A DNA stretch of 64,000 nt from Eutreptiella sp. 'Long Island Sound 2002'. Taxonomy: Eukaryota > Protista > Euglenida. Of this stretch, positions 10,201 through 22,139 are shown one piece after another. Position 1 is the first letter of the stretch. Every line of letters starts with the position of its first letter. The notes under the pieces are model-generated. The model saw only the letters and a list, made by a program, of their open reading frames with translations, was not told where the DNA came from and did no database searches. Location: assembly GCA_964036045.1 (NCBI GenBank), contig OZ038379.1, forward strand, positions 13,578,001-13,642,000, written 5' to 3'. A program made the translations under genes and the position numbers.

Positions 10201-12668
10201 CTGTACATATTGTACCTTGGGACCCTCCCCTTGGGCACTGTACATATTGTACATTGGGACCCTCCCCTTGGGCACCATACATATCGTACATTGGGACCCT
10301 CCCCTTGGGCACTGTACATATTGTACATTGGGACCCTCCTCATGGGCCATATACATATCTTACATAGGCACCCCCCCCCTTGGGCACTGTACATATTGTA
10401 CCTTGGGACCCTCTTCTTGGGCACTGTACATATTGTACATTGGGACCCTCCCCTTGGGCACTGTACATATCGTACATTGGGACCCTCCCCTTGGGCACTG
10501 TACACATTGTACATTGGGACCCTCCCCTTGGGCACTGTACACATTGTACATTGGGACCCTCCCCTTGGGCACTGTACATATTGGACATTGGGACCCTCCC
10601 CTTGGGCACTGTATATATTGTACATTGGGACCCTCCTCTTAGGCACTGTACATATCGTACATTGGGACCCCCCCCCCTTGGGCAATGTACATATCGTACA
10701 TTGGGACCCTCCCCTTGGGCACTGTACATATCGTACATCGGGACCCTCCCCTTGGGTACTGTACATATCGTACATTGGGACCCTCCCCTTGGGCAGTGTA
10801 CATATTGTACATTGGGACCCTCTCCTTGGGCACTGTACATATTGTACATTGGGACCTCTCCCCTTGGGCAATGTACATATTGTACATTGGGACTCTCCCC
10901 TTGGGCACTGTAGATATCTTACATTGGGACCCCCCCCCCTTGGGCACTGTACATATCTTACATTGGGACCCTCCCCTTAGGCACTGTACATATCGTACAT
11001 TGGGACCCCCCCCCCTTGGGCACTGTAGATATCTTACATTGGCCCCCCCCCCTTGGGCACTGTACATATCTTACATTGGGACCCCCCCCCCTTGGGCACT
11101 GTACATATCGTACATTGGGACCCCCCCCCCCTTGGGCACTGTACATATCGTACATTGGGACCCCCCCCCCTTGGGCACTGTACATATGGTACATTGGGAC
11201 CCTCCCCTTGGGCACTGTACATATCGTACGTTTGGACTCTCCCCTTGGGCACTGTACATATGGTACATTGGGACCCCACCCCTTGGGCACTGTACATATC
11301 GTACATTGGGACCCTCCCCTTGGGCACTGTACATATCGTACATTGGGACCCACCCCCTTGGGCACTGTACATATCGTACATTGGGACCACCTCCCCTTGG
11401 GCAATGTACATATTGTACATTGGGACCCTCCTCTTGGGCACTGTACATATCATACGTGGGGACTCTCCCCTTGGGCAATGTACATATGGTACATTGGGAC
11501 CCCACCCCTTGGGCACTGTACATATCGTACATTGGGACCCCCCCCCTTGGGCACTGTACATATCGTACATTGGGACCCCCCCCCCCCTTGGGCAATGTAC
11601 ATATTGTCCATTAGGACACTCATCTTGGGCACTGTACATATCGCGCATTGGGACCCTCCCCTTGGGCACTGTACATATTGTACATTGGGACCGTCCACTT
11701 GGGCACCGTACATATCGTACATCGGGACCCTCCCCTTTTGGCAATGTACATATCGTACATTGGGACCCTCCCCTGGGGCAATGTACATGTCGTACATTGG
11801 GATCCTCCCCTTGGGCACTGTACATATCGTACATTGGGACCCTTCCCCTTTGGCAGTGTACATATTGTACATTGGGACCCTCCCCTGGGGCACTGTACAT
11901 ATCGTACATTGGGATCCTCCCCTTGGGCACTGTACATATTGTACATTGGGACCGTCCGCTTGGGCACTGTACATATCGTACATTGGGACCCTCCCCCTTT
12001 GGCAGTGTACATATTGTACATTGGGACCCTCCCCTGGGGCACTGTATATATCGTACATTGGGATCCTCCCCTTGGGCACTGTACATATCATACATTGGGA
12101 CCCTGCCCCTTTGGCAGTGTACATATTGTACATTGGGACCCTCCCCTGGGTCACTGTACATATCGTACATTGGGACCGTCCACTTGGGCAATGTACATAT
12201 CGTACATTGGGACCCTCCCCCTTGGGCACTGTACATATCGTACATTGGGACCCTCCCCTTGGGCAATGTACATATTGTACATTGGGACCCCCCCGCCTTG
12301 GGCGCTATACATATCGTACATCGGGAGCCCCTCCTTGGGTATTGTACATATCGTACATTGGGACCCTCCCCTTGGGCACTGTATATATATCGCACATTGG
12401 GACCCCCCCCTTGGGCACCGTACACATCGTACATTCGGACCCCCCCCCTTTGGGCACTGTACATATCGTACATTGGGACCCCCCCCTTGGACACTGTACA
12501 TATCGTACATTGGGACCCTCCCCCTTGGGCACTGTACATATCGTACATTGGGACCCCCCCTTTCGTGCACTGTACATATCGTACATGCCCGCCCCCCCTT
12601 GGGCGCTGTACATATCGTACATTTGCACCCTCCCCTTCGGCACTGTACATATCTTACATTGGGACCCC
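7300..12668. repeat. Minisatellite/satellite array of roughly 145 copies of a ~37-bp unit (CATTGGGACCCTCCCCTTGGGCACTGTACATATCGTA)
   Basis: Continuous tandem units with variable C-run length and recurring variants. No unique spacers. Confidence 0.98.
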
Positions 12669-13056
12669 TTCCCCTTCTCCCTCCCCTCTTGTGTCAAACA
12701 CCTATGGCTGTGGGGCCCAGCATATGAGGTCCCTGTTGTACAGTCCAACTTCCCCTCCCTCTCCACCGTTGCATGGTCCAAAGGTTCTACAGTCTGGCAC
12801 CTGCTTGGAAGTCAAGAGGCACAGCGATCAGTCGATGAAACGCAAATCCTTAGAATTCACCTGATTCTCCAAGAGGCGGGGCACATTTCACTGTCCATAC
12901 CACGCATTCCTGAAGCCCCCCTCGTTCTGCGAGCACTCACTATCCAGATGCAAGCCGCACTCGACAACAAAAATCTGGGGCGGTGGGCAGAACTAATGCA
13001 GGCCAGGAACCGATATCTACCGATATCTACCCTTCCTGTCCCACCCTGCACTGGCA

Positions 13057-13485
13057 ATGGCCAGGAGACTGAGTCATGTACACCGCTGGTTCATTTCCCT
13101 GACGCCCCCCCGCAATGTCATCTACCTGGTGTACAATATATGGCTTCAGGTGGTGTACATTGGCCTCACCACAGGGGCCCTGGTTAGCCGGTTGAGGAAA
13201 CACATGACTGACAGTCTGGCTGACGTGGATTGTGCCACCTTACACAAACACATGGCGAAAACGGACCTCTCAGGCTGGGGAATTCTTCCACTGCAATGGG
13301 TCGAGGACGACTGGCACGCGAGTGTGCGTGAACGACACTGGTGGTGGATTTTCAGGCGCTGGGCTTGCAACGACGTCCCACCAGGAATTAGTACCCAGGG
13401 TGAGGGATCCAAATCTCGAGGTTGGCTTAACCAAAGAGTGCTGGCGGCTCTGCAGGGTATCCGTGATGCGACTGGCCACGAGTGA
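13057..13485 (+). pseudogene. GIY-YIG endonuclease domain of the Penelope-like element
   Basis: VIYLVYNIWLQVVYIGLTTGALVSRLRKH...VRERHW carries the GIY-YIG Y/Y-G/R/H/E signature. Confidence 0.85.
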
Positions 13486-15658
13486 AGTTTCTTCAGTCAG
13501 AACTCCAGGACCTGGCTAACCGTCTCTCTATCCCATTGTATGTCCTTGGTCACATGACCGTACCCAATCTAACCCCAAATCAAAATGCGGCAATTCACAG
13601 AGTTATACGCGCAATGGTGAAATCATGCAACATTGCAGCGTGGGAAAAACAAGCGCTACACAAGGCCGTACGAGTGGTACGCTCCAACCCAGTCACAGTG
13701 CGAAGTCTTTTTGAAAAACAGAGTAGGAAAGGAGACCGAGAGGCCCAAACACCACAATGCTCATGCGCCAGCATCACATCAGAGCACGGCCACGTCATTG
13801 AAATTGAAGGCCACAAAGCGCTTATCCCTGTGTACGTTCAGGGCCTCGATGCAACTACCCTCCGCCCCAATGACTCCCTACCACTAAAGGGCACTAAAGT
13901 CAGAGCGCGCCTTTTCAAGGACATTACTAAAATAGCAGGACAGATCGGGGCAGAAGTGCCTAACCTCCAGCACATGCTACCCTCAACCCTGTGGTGTGAG
14001 TCAGGGTCCACTGTGCGCCACGTGGAGCAGCAAGCAGCAGCCATCTCTGCCTCCCACTACGTACGAATCGTGGACAAGGGGGTGGGGGTCATGTGGGGAT
14101 TTTGCCGTCAGTGGATGTGGGATATACTCGAGGAATTCCTGATCCAAGAAGGGTATACCAGATGCACCCAGTCCCAACAGCACATCACAGCACGGATACT
14201 GAAGATCATACAGTCCAACAGCTAGGACAATGACCCAGTTGGGCGCATCGCCTCCCTGTACCTCATCGGCAAAGCAAAAAGTCTGGTTAAACAGAAATGG
14301 CTCTGGAGACCCATCGCCGCACTCCCGAAACCCCTCTTACCAAAAAAGGACCTCACAATCGCAGCCAGAGCCATGACCACATTTCTGAAACTGGTGGCAG
14401 AGGAGACCCCTGGAAACTTCATGGTCCACCCAGTTAATCGCGTGGCTGACTGGTTTCATTGGTTGCATCAGTTGGTTGCTCTTATATTGTTGAACTGGAC
14501 TGCAAAGACCAGTTCAACCACGTACCCCCCAGTTGTGTGGAGTCACACATGGCCGAGTCCAGCAAGTGGCTCGCCAAGCGGCGTTGCTGGCGCATGAAAG
14601 ACATCTGCTGGAGTGTCCACAGAGACAGTAAAAAGTTGGACAGGGCAGGGCAGGGGGCCTCAGGAAAATTTTGGTACATCACACACGGGGACCTCAGCAA
14701 CAAAATAAATTTCGAGCTACAAAACAACAACTATGTGACCGCGGCAGGGTCCCTGTGGCAAAGGACAGGGTGTATTCCCATGGGCGGGTCATTCTCCGCA
14801 CAGGCGGCGGACCTGCACTGCCAGTGGGGGGTGTACATGAACAGGGCGCGCTTCAGAGACCTTGGGGAACTCCGCATCACTGACACAGGTTTCATATACT
14901 GGGATACCCCCTGGGGAGCACTCACACTGTGCCAATTTCGAGACAACATTCTTATGGCCACAGCCTTTGCCGACACCCCAGCCATCAAAATAGTTAAACG
15001 TGTGTGCCACCTCCTACAGCGATGCTGGAACCTGCGGGTGCTGTGTCCATGTGATACACCGTGTACCCAATCCTGTCTCCAATCCTCCACGACAGCTATG
15101 GGTTTCTGCATGGTATGTTCAACGGATGGGGAACCCACGGCGTACACACATCCGAGTTCGCTGGATAGTGCATGGGATCTAAAAATGGGCCCCCCACTGA
15201 TGACGCCGACCCACGCCTCCCAACAGTACCTGCGGACAGTCCTCACAGGCGTTTTATGTAACTCCCGCCAATGGTGTCGAACCCCCCTTGCACAGCTCTT
15301 GACGGTGACAGCGTGGGGCCAAGTGTCAATTAAATCGGGCTACAGTCCCAGAGCCCTCAGGCGGGCCATGCACGCTGCGATCATCAGGGGCCTGGCAGCC
15401 TCAGACCACCAACCACAGTTCGTGGTGCGATTCATGCACCACATATCCGAGCTCCTACCCCTTCCACGATGCTGTGCTATCCACAGAGTGCTCCAATGGG
15501 TGAAACGACATGGCCAGTGGGCAGGAGGGGCATATGCCACATGGGTGCTCCCGAAACACCTGGCACAAGTGGGTATCACAGGAGACTGGAGCCACGACTA
15601 CACCCCCCTCCACGATCATTGGGTCTCGGTAAAACAACCGGGACATGTGTGTGTGTGA
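13482..15658 (+). pseudogene. Linker and reverse transcriptase of the Penelope-like element (interrupted)
   Basis: PLE-type RT motifs spread over two frames with one premature stop. The catalytic motif reads FRDN. Confidence 0.85.
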
Positions 15659-16011
15659 TCGCGCGGTTACGTGTGGTCCATGACCCTGCCTGCATGGCCT
15701 CCCCTGTCTCCCCAGTCTCCCCTGTATGCCTACCTCCCCTCCAAAGACAGTCAATCCAGGGGCATGTAAGTGATGCTGCAAGGTACACAATGTCCTCCCC
15801 TCCTCAGACCTAAAGGTAGTGACGACAGGGAACACTGCAGTGACTCCATGAGAACAGTGGATGAGAAACAATGTGCCCTGTCCCGTTACCTTTCAGAAAG
15901 GCGCCTAGCCTCCATGACAATTTTGTAATTGTGGCCTGACGAGTCGTTTTGATCAGTGCCTGCCTGTCTGCGATCAACAGTGGGTTGGGTTCTCTTGATC
16001 ACTGTCACGAA

Positions 16012-16038
16012 GTGTGTGTGTGTGTGTGTGTGTGTGTG
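16012..16038. repeat. (GT)n microsatellite
   Basis: Directly visible. Confidence 0.9.
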
Positions 16039-16107
16039 CCTCATCTGATCCCCATGGCCATTTTTTGTGTGTGTGTGTGTGTGGTTGGGTGGTTGCACCT
16101 AACACAG

Positions 16108-16191
16108 GTTGATATTTTGGGCAGTCATGAACACGAACTCCTCCAAGGGGTATTTCCTGGTCTGTTGTACAGTGCAGAACTGAATACGGGA
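16108..16191 (+). CDS. Possible upstream HIRA exon (VDILGSHEHELLQGVFPGLLYSAELNTG)
   Basis: Acceptor ACACAG|GTT and donor GGA|GTAGGT give phase 0/0, compatible with the exon at 16577. Similarity to the post-WD40 region of HIRA is weak. Confidence 0.35.
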
Positions 16192-16576
16192 GTAGGTGAG
16201 GGCACAAGCACATGCTGCGTCGCGCTGAACCCACTGTCCAGAACTGCATTTGCTCTTTCTCTACCAACAGACCGAAAGACGTCTAGGACAGCTCTGCTGT
16301 TCCTGAGGAGTTTTCTTTCACCGCTTTTCTTGCTCTGTTCTTGTTTGCGGTTCTCGTTGTGTGTGTGCCTCATGTCAACCACCAGCCACATGTTTGACAC
16401 CTGCCGGCACCTGCCAAAAATTTTGCCGACACCTGCCGACACCTGCCATGGCAGGTGTTAGCTTCAGGTATGGTTCTGCCTGTACGTTCCTTTACCCCGC
16501 CTCCCCAAAACCTCTCCCTTCACCCTGAAGGACCCCCGCATTTCCCGCACTCAATCCAGCCACATCCTTGTCACAG

Positions 16577-16663
16577 GTCCTGACAGACGCTGAGTTCAAC
16601 AGCGAACAGACGACCCCTGATGGCCGCAAGCGCCAGCGTATCCAGCCCATCAACCACTTGTCG
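16577..16663 (+). CDS. HIRA: HIRA exon carrying the ASF1-binding B-domain
   Basis: VLTDAEFNSEQTTPDGRKRQRIQPINHLS resembles the HIRA B motif (T.DG++RI.P). Acceptor CACAG and donor GTACGT, phase 0/0. Confidence 0.75.
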
Positions 16664-18665
16664 GTACGTAATCTGCAGCGCCAGGCTGCTTGGGGTTTGG
16701 CTGATGACGGGCCGAGGGCGGGCAACAACGCCAACAGTGGAGTGCACCCGAGGGGAGGGTGGCCCATGGCGATTGGAGGCTATTGGACAGTGGCAGGAGA
16801 GCGAACTGCCTTGATTCGGGGAATGACTGTGTCTTGGTGATCAACGGCGTCAGCAGGGATCCCATGGCAGTTGGAGGCTGACTGCTCTTGGTTGCAGTTT
16901 GTGCCTGGTGCGGTTTGATGGGACTGGGCAGCGGTTTGGATGGCGTTGTTGCATGGGTTCCGGACACCCATGATGCCCCCCCCCCCCCCCTGTTGCAGCA
17001 GCATTTCCTTGTCTAAGCACACCGATTTATCTCGCTGTTTTCTACCGCAGCTTCTGTATTGGCATGCCAGCTTTTTTTTACACAACTTGGCCTCATTCAG
17101 TTTTCTGTTCCAAATTGCTCTTGTACTCTTTGCGACTCCCTTTTTGGTGATCCTGAATGCACACGACATGGGTGCTGTAAAGCAGCAAGGCAACACGTGG
17201 TTATGGTACCATGCCTGCTCCCTGCATGTTTTTGTACTGTATGGTACTGAATTGTACGTAAATGTGCACCACGTGCATGGCGCCCTGCATTGAATTGTAC
17301 TGACACTGCACTATGTATGCCCTGCCCACTTCAAGCTCTCTGAACAGTGCACACTGTTCCCTGTGCGCATGTCATGTTTTCGGGATTTTGTGGGGGAGAT
17401 ATTAGGCCCCAATTCAGTGCTGTGATGGTGTAGCAGCACCATTTTGAGTATCCTGAATCCGTGGTGAATGTATTAGCGAAAAGTGATTTTAATCTGAAAA
17501 AAAACCCGGCCCACCTTTCGGTGCACTGTTGACACAGTGGCACCCTCGTAGACTATATTTTTGCTCAGTTTTTCGACATTTGCTCAACTGCTTTACACCC
17601 GATGCATTGCCTCTTGATCCATTGTGGCGGTGTGTAGTGATGGGAAGGCATGTCGCATGGGCATTGATTCACCAAGCAGCAGCAAGCATGTGCCAGATGC
17701 TAAAAAGGCAGAACTCAGCAGGGAGGAATGATGCATGACTTGGCTACTTGACTACTTGACACGTGCAATGGAACCCCACAAACCTTGAGTAAACAAACTC
17801 AATGGCAGCCAAAAAGCGGTGCAGCCAGTTGAGGGTTGGAAAGCCTGTCAAAAGCAGTATTTCTGAAACTGTTTTGGGTCCAGAGACCACCAGGAAATAT
17901 CAGCATCCATTTGGGGCCCAGTAGGACATATCAGCACCCATCCAGAGACCACCAGGAAATATCAGCCTCCATCCAGAGGCCTCCAAGAATAACAACATCA
18001 CACTCCTCACTCCCAAATTTTCCCTTCGTTCCTAGGAGGAGGTCGTTTTGGGAATGTAGGGCACCTATGCTATGGTGGGTGCCATATGCATCAAAAGCAG
18101 CCAAATTGACCGTGTCAGGTCCATTTTCGGCCCACAACGGGACACAAACAGGCCAATGATGGTCATCACAGCCAAGAGACATAGCCTTGAACAGCCATCC
18201 TTTCAGCTATTCCAAGTGGTCTCCATTCACTTCGTGATGCGAATTGGCAACGCATTTTGCAACCCCCCATGCCCCTGATCTCAGCATGGGCCAGGGAGCC
18301 AGCTCACCTGGGTGACTCAATGCCCTTGGGGCAAGTTGTTGCCCGTGAGGTGAATCAAAGCTCCTAGTATGCGTCAACACCCCAGCGGTGAGTTAGTGTC
18401 CAGGTGTCATCTGTAATCTTGAGATCTCGGGTCTTTCACCTCTAGCAGACAGCACTGTGCTTGCATGATGCAAACACTGGGTCTCCCCCCCCTCTGGGCA
18501 GGCAGTCTGGGGCTTAGTGACGTGAACGGAGCAAAAAGGAAAACAGTGCACAAAGGATTGTATTCTCTGGCACCTTTCTCCCAATGCAGCCCCCTCGCGT
18601 GTATACTGACAGTCATGCGCACGTTGACGCCCACCTCACGCTTAGGTTTGCCCGCTTCGCCAGGA
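16661..18665 (+). repeat. Source copy of the duplicated HIRA intron (intron 16664-18645)
   Basis: Flanked by in-frame HIRA exons. Duplicated at 4915-6919 and, partially, at 62685-64000. Confidence 0.9.
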
Positions 18666-18793
18666 CCCTGGAGAGTTCCCAGTGGTAATGGAAGCGATCC
18701 CCAGAGTAGGTTGCACAACCCTCAAGCAAAAGCAAGGGGATTTCGTGGTGTGGACCGCTACAATTCCTTGCGGAGAGGTCACATTGATGGCAG
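18646..18793 (+). CDS. HIRA: HIRA exon, start of the C-terminal Hira domain
   Basis: VCPLRQDPGEFPVVMEAIPRVGCTTLKQKQGDFVVWTATIPCGEVTLMA(G). Acceptor TTAG and donor G|GTATGG (phase 1) join to GG-AAT at 21087, giving the W...TLMAGN pattern. Confidence 0.7.
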
Positions 18794-21086
18794 GTATGGC
18801 CAATGTAAGGGAAAGCTGAAAGTGTGGTCAGGACATTCTTTCAGGGGTCAGTTTACATTGTGTCTGATGGTGTCTGCTAAAGTGTGCATTACCTGCAATC
18901 CATGTGGTGATGCCTGTGATGTTTGTGTGAGGCTGCAGTGAGGGTTGGGCAAAGCTTGGGTGAGGCGATCCAGCACATGCTCCTCTACCCCAACTCCACC
19001 TTTCTGGATATTTTTGAAAGGTACCGCACCGCCGGCACCTAAAATTATTTTTAGTGACGAATGCGCAGGGCCTGGAAATCATAGATCTGAGCCCAGTATT
19101 GTAGTTTTGTTTTCATCTAAAATGTTTGCCCCCTGTATATTTTGCGTTTTGAATTATGGTTTCTGTTTGGTTGCTTGATGCAGTTCCTGGGCCCACGCGT
19201 GTTGTCTGGTTAACTTCAGGATGCCACATGCATACAAAACAGATGTGCTTGCTTCCAAGACCATGCGTGTGCTATGGTTGTGGCGAGTGGAAAATGGTTT
19301 CGGGGCGTATGAGCCCCCCGAAACCCCGTTGGAGGGGGTGGGGGGCTTGGAAACTTATGTCAGGTGGCTTTGGGGCACCTCACACCCGGGGAAGTCATGA
19401 CCTATGCTGCAGCATTCTTTGTATGACATCTCTGATGCCGAGTGTTTCTGCTTGGATTGTGCTGAAATTGCATCGATGCCTCAAGTTGTGTGCGCCATCT
19501 TAGATATCCCCACTGATGCCACTGCAGGCTGCAGCTCAGCCAAGGACTAGAACAGGGTTAAGTTGTAGCTCAGGCTGCACATTGAAGGATGATGCTGCAA
19601 TGGGAGGCTTGGTTGCGACGGTCACTGAGCACCTGGAAATGACTAGCGCCAACGTGTCCTTTGACATAACAACCAGCACCAAAGCTACATGTGTCAAGGT
19701 TGGCCATGGCAGAAGAGCTCCATCTCGGGCGGAGGGGGGGGTTCATATACCCTAAGCAGTTTGCCCCATCCATTGACATTGTACAACACGATGTCGTAAA
19801 CGGAGAACAGCGTCCGCGTTGCCGTGCTGGTGTCGTCGTCATCATCGACGCCACTTTTTGTATCGGTCTGCCGCAAACCTCCTGCAGCATCGTCTTCGGC
19901 ACAACGTATCACAAGAGGAGGGGGAAACAACCAGGCGTAAAGCGCAGCGGTCCACACACCCATATGGATAGCATGTTATGATCGTATTTGCGATCTTTGG
20001 TGACATATCACTCACTTGTAAGCATGCTTGTCTGCCGGCTGACACTGCATATCCAGCAGTTTGGAGGTGCTTGACAACCCCATTTGAAGCTATTGTGATC
20101 CCCCCCCCCCCCCCGCCGCCCCTGCCCCCCCCCCCCCGCCCCACGCACAAGTTTTGAAAGTCATTTCATGGTAACCAATGCGATGCGTGCTACCGGGGCC
20201 TAGCGCGCATCGATACTGGTGTTTGGGTCATTCTGAGGGTTGCAAACCTCAAAAGTGAGGGGTTGCAGGTGGACCATGTGCCATCAGAATTGGATTTCAA
20301 GCCACGCAGCCCAAGATATGGTCCAATCTTGGTTTGGGGCTAGTGGTGGGCAAAACACACCGTTTTTGCACCATTGGGGCCATTTTCAGGGCAATGGTAC
20401 AGAGTTACAAAGGTGAAATAACCTTCCTTGACATGACCAAAGGAAGCCGCTTCGGTAGAGTCAAATAGGGTGCGAAACTCATAAGGAGGGTGCATCTCCT
20501 TTTAATGTCCATAGGCCTATGTACAGAGGTCTGTGGACTTTGAAAGTAAACGTGGAAGACACATAAGGAGGGTGGAAAGCAGCTTTCCCTGTGGTAGTTA
20601 CATGTAGACCGGGTCAGTTGCCTCCTCCCCTGTGGCGGCAGCCCAACCTGCTTTCCAATAATCAATAATTGGAGGGTAATTTGGCGGCCACCGTGCCACA
20701 TCACACCCCAAGTTTTTAGAGTGAAAAAAAAAGAAATTTACCGAAGGACATGTTTCTTTGGGCCATGTTTTGTACACAAACTGTTCGGTACCACCCCCAC
20801 CCCACCCCACGCCCGAAAACACCCTCTTCCAGCACAGGCCTGGCTGTCCGCGCCTGTCTATGAGTACCTGTCCGTGCACATGCATTCCAAAAATCAAATT
20901 CTGTCCCTGTAATTCTGTGCTGTGTTACTGGCGGTGCTGGCAGCTGAATGGAGAATCCAACAATCAAAAGCAGCGCACCCTCGTCACCGTTCCTCCGCGT
21001 TGATATGAGGCAGATTTGTTGTGGATGGTAGACTAAAAATCGGCGAAGGGAATCTCGGAATGGTTGCCCGACTCGTTCCATCCCAG

Positions 21087-21280
21087 GGAATGCAAAGCTC
21101 TTTGTGGCAGTCGCCTGCTCTGACAACCTATTCATCTTGTCTGCGCGTGGCGGGCGGCTTCTGCTGCCATGCATCCATTTATCGGCTCCCATCCGTTATA
21201 TGACCTCCGACACTTGGGACAAGCTGTTGATTGTCACGGATGCTGAATGCATCTGCTGGGACATTTCCAGTTTCAAGAAG
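21087..21280 (+). CDS. HIRA: HIRA exon, Hira domain
   Basis: GNAKLFVAVACSDNLFILSARGGRLLLPCIHLSAPIRYM...LLIVTDAECICWDISSFKK matches HIRA/Hir1 (VAC...S..GRRLL..I.L...I...W D). Donor AAG|GTGCCT. Confidence 0.85.
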
Positions 21281-21971
21281 GTGCCTCTGCCCGCATTGAT
21301 GGATGGATGGGGTTCTTTGTTGCTGGTGTCACTCTGTGACTGTGTTTGGCTCTGTGTAGCTGTGTGTAGCTGTGTGTGGCTGTGTGTAGCTGTGTTTGGC
21401 TCAGTATGGCTTTGTGTGTCTTTGGGTGGCTCAGTTTGAGTGTGGTCTGTTGGTGATGTGTGTGGATCTGTGCGGCTGTGTTTGGCGCTGTGTGGCTCTC
21501 TGTGGTTCTCCCCAGGAGTTGGTCCATCGATTTTGGGCTATCAACGTTTCACATCGTGCAGTGCAGTTAAGGGATGGCAAGGGTTGACACGAGATGCAGA
21601 TGGCTGGGCGTTTGGTTGTCTGCACATCTGGGGCCTCTACAAAGTACAACGGGGCATAGGGAAATTCATCCAAACCTTCAGGAATCAAGACCATGGGCAA
21701 AACCTGTCAAATTAGGGCCATGACACTGATTCCTACTGTGGGCATGATTTGCTAATTGTAGACACTGCTTGCATGTCACAGAAACGAAGAAAAAATATTG
21801 AAGAAGAAGGCCGAAGGCCCCGTTGTCAAAAAAAACAAGGGGTTCGTACGAGGGTTGACCCCTGTGCGTGCTTGCAGTTGTATGCACTTTGGAGATGCTT
21901 ACAACCAGAGAAGACACGATATGTTCATTGTAGACATTGCCTTGATATGACCTGTGACCCTCGTCCCTCAG

Positions 21972-22139
21972 ATGTACTCATGCCCTGTGGGTCACCTGCT
22001 GAGGTCCGGAGTTCAGGACCTCAAAGTCACTGAAGGCGGCTGCTGTCGACTGCAGATCTCGTCCAAAGAGTCGTACATGTATGATCCAGCGGTTGGGGCG
22101 TGGGTTGGTACCTCCGAGTTGGATTTCCCCGACGCCCAG
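21972..22139 (+). CDS. HIRA: HIRA exon, Hira domain. The same frame continues to 22421 past an in-frame TAG at 22170-22172.
   Basis: MYSCPVGHLLRSGVQDLKVTEGGCCRLQISSKESYMYDPAVGAWV matches HIRA (V....LT..G.P...LS.G..Y.F.P....W). Acceptor CTCAG at 21971, phase 0. Confidence 0.8.

Larger units (their letters stand above)
12669..15830 (+). mobile_element. Degenerate, 5'-truncated Penelope-like retroelement with N-terminal GIY-YIG endonuclease followed by RT
   Basis: GIY-YIG motif (NVIYLVY...VYIGLT...RLRKH), then LYLIGKAK...WRPI, ELDCKDQF, QRTGCIPMGGSFSAQAADL and CQFRDN RT motifs. Interrupted by frameshifts near 13020, 13470 and 14465 and a TAG at 14223. The 3' boundary is approximate. Confidence 0.85.

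Noticed and set aside
7300-12668. Very long ORFs (up to 723 aa) on both strands; possible CRISPR-like array
   Set aside because: The monomer lacks stop codons, so long ORFs arise in many frames at once. There are no unique spacers and no cas genes.
15896-15942. Hammerhead-ribozyme-like core near the PLE 3' end (GAAA-GGC/GCC-UC…CUGACGA)
   Set aside because: Stem III forms, but stems I and II do not close at the conserved core positions. At most a degenerate relic; an Infernal search would settle it.
19760-19800. Minus-strand DIVLYNVNG as an APE endonuclease start
   Set aside because: No following QE, D.N or SDH motifs, and the frame closes shortly after.
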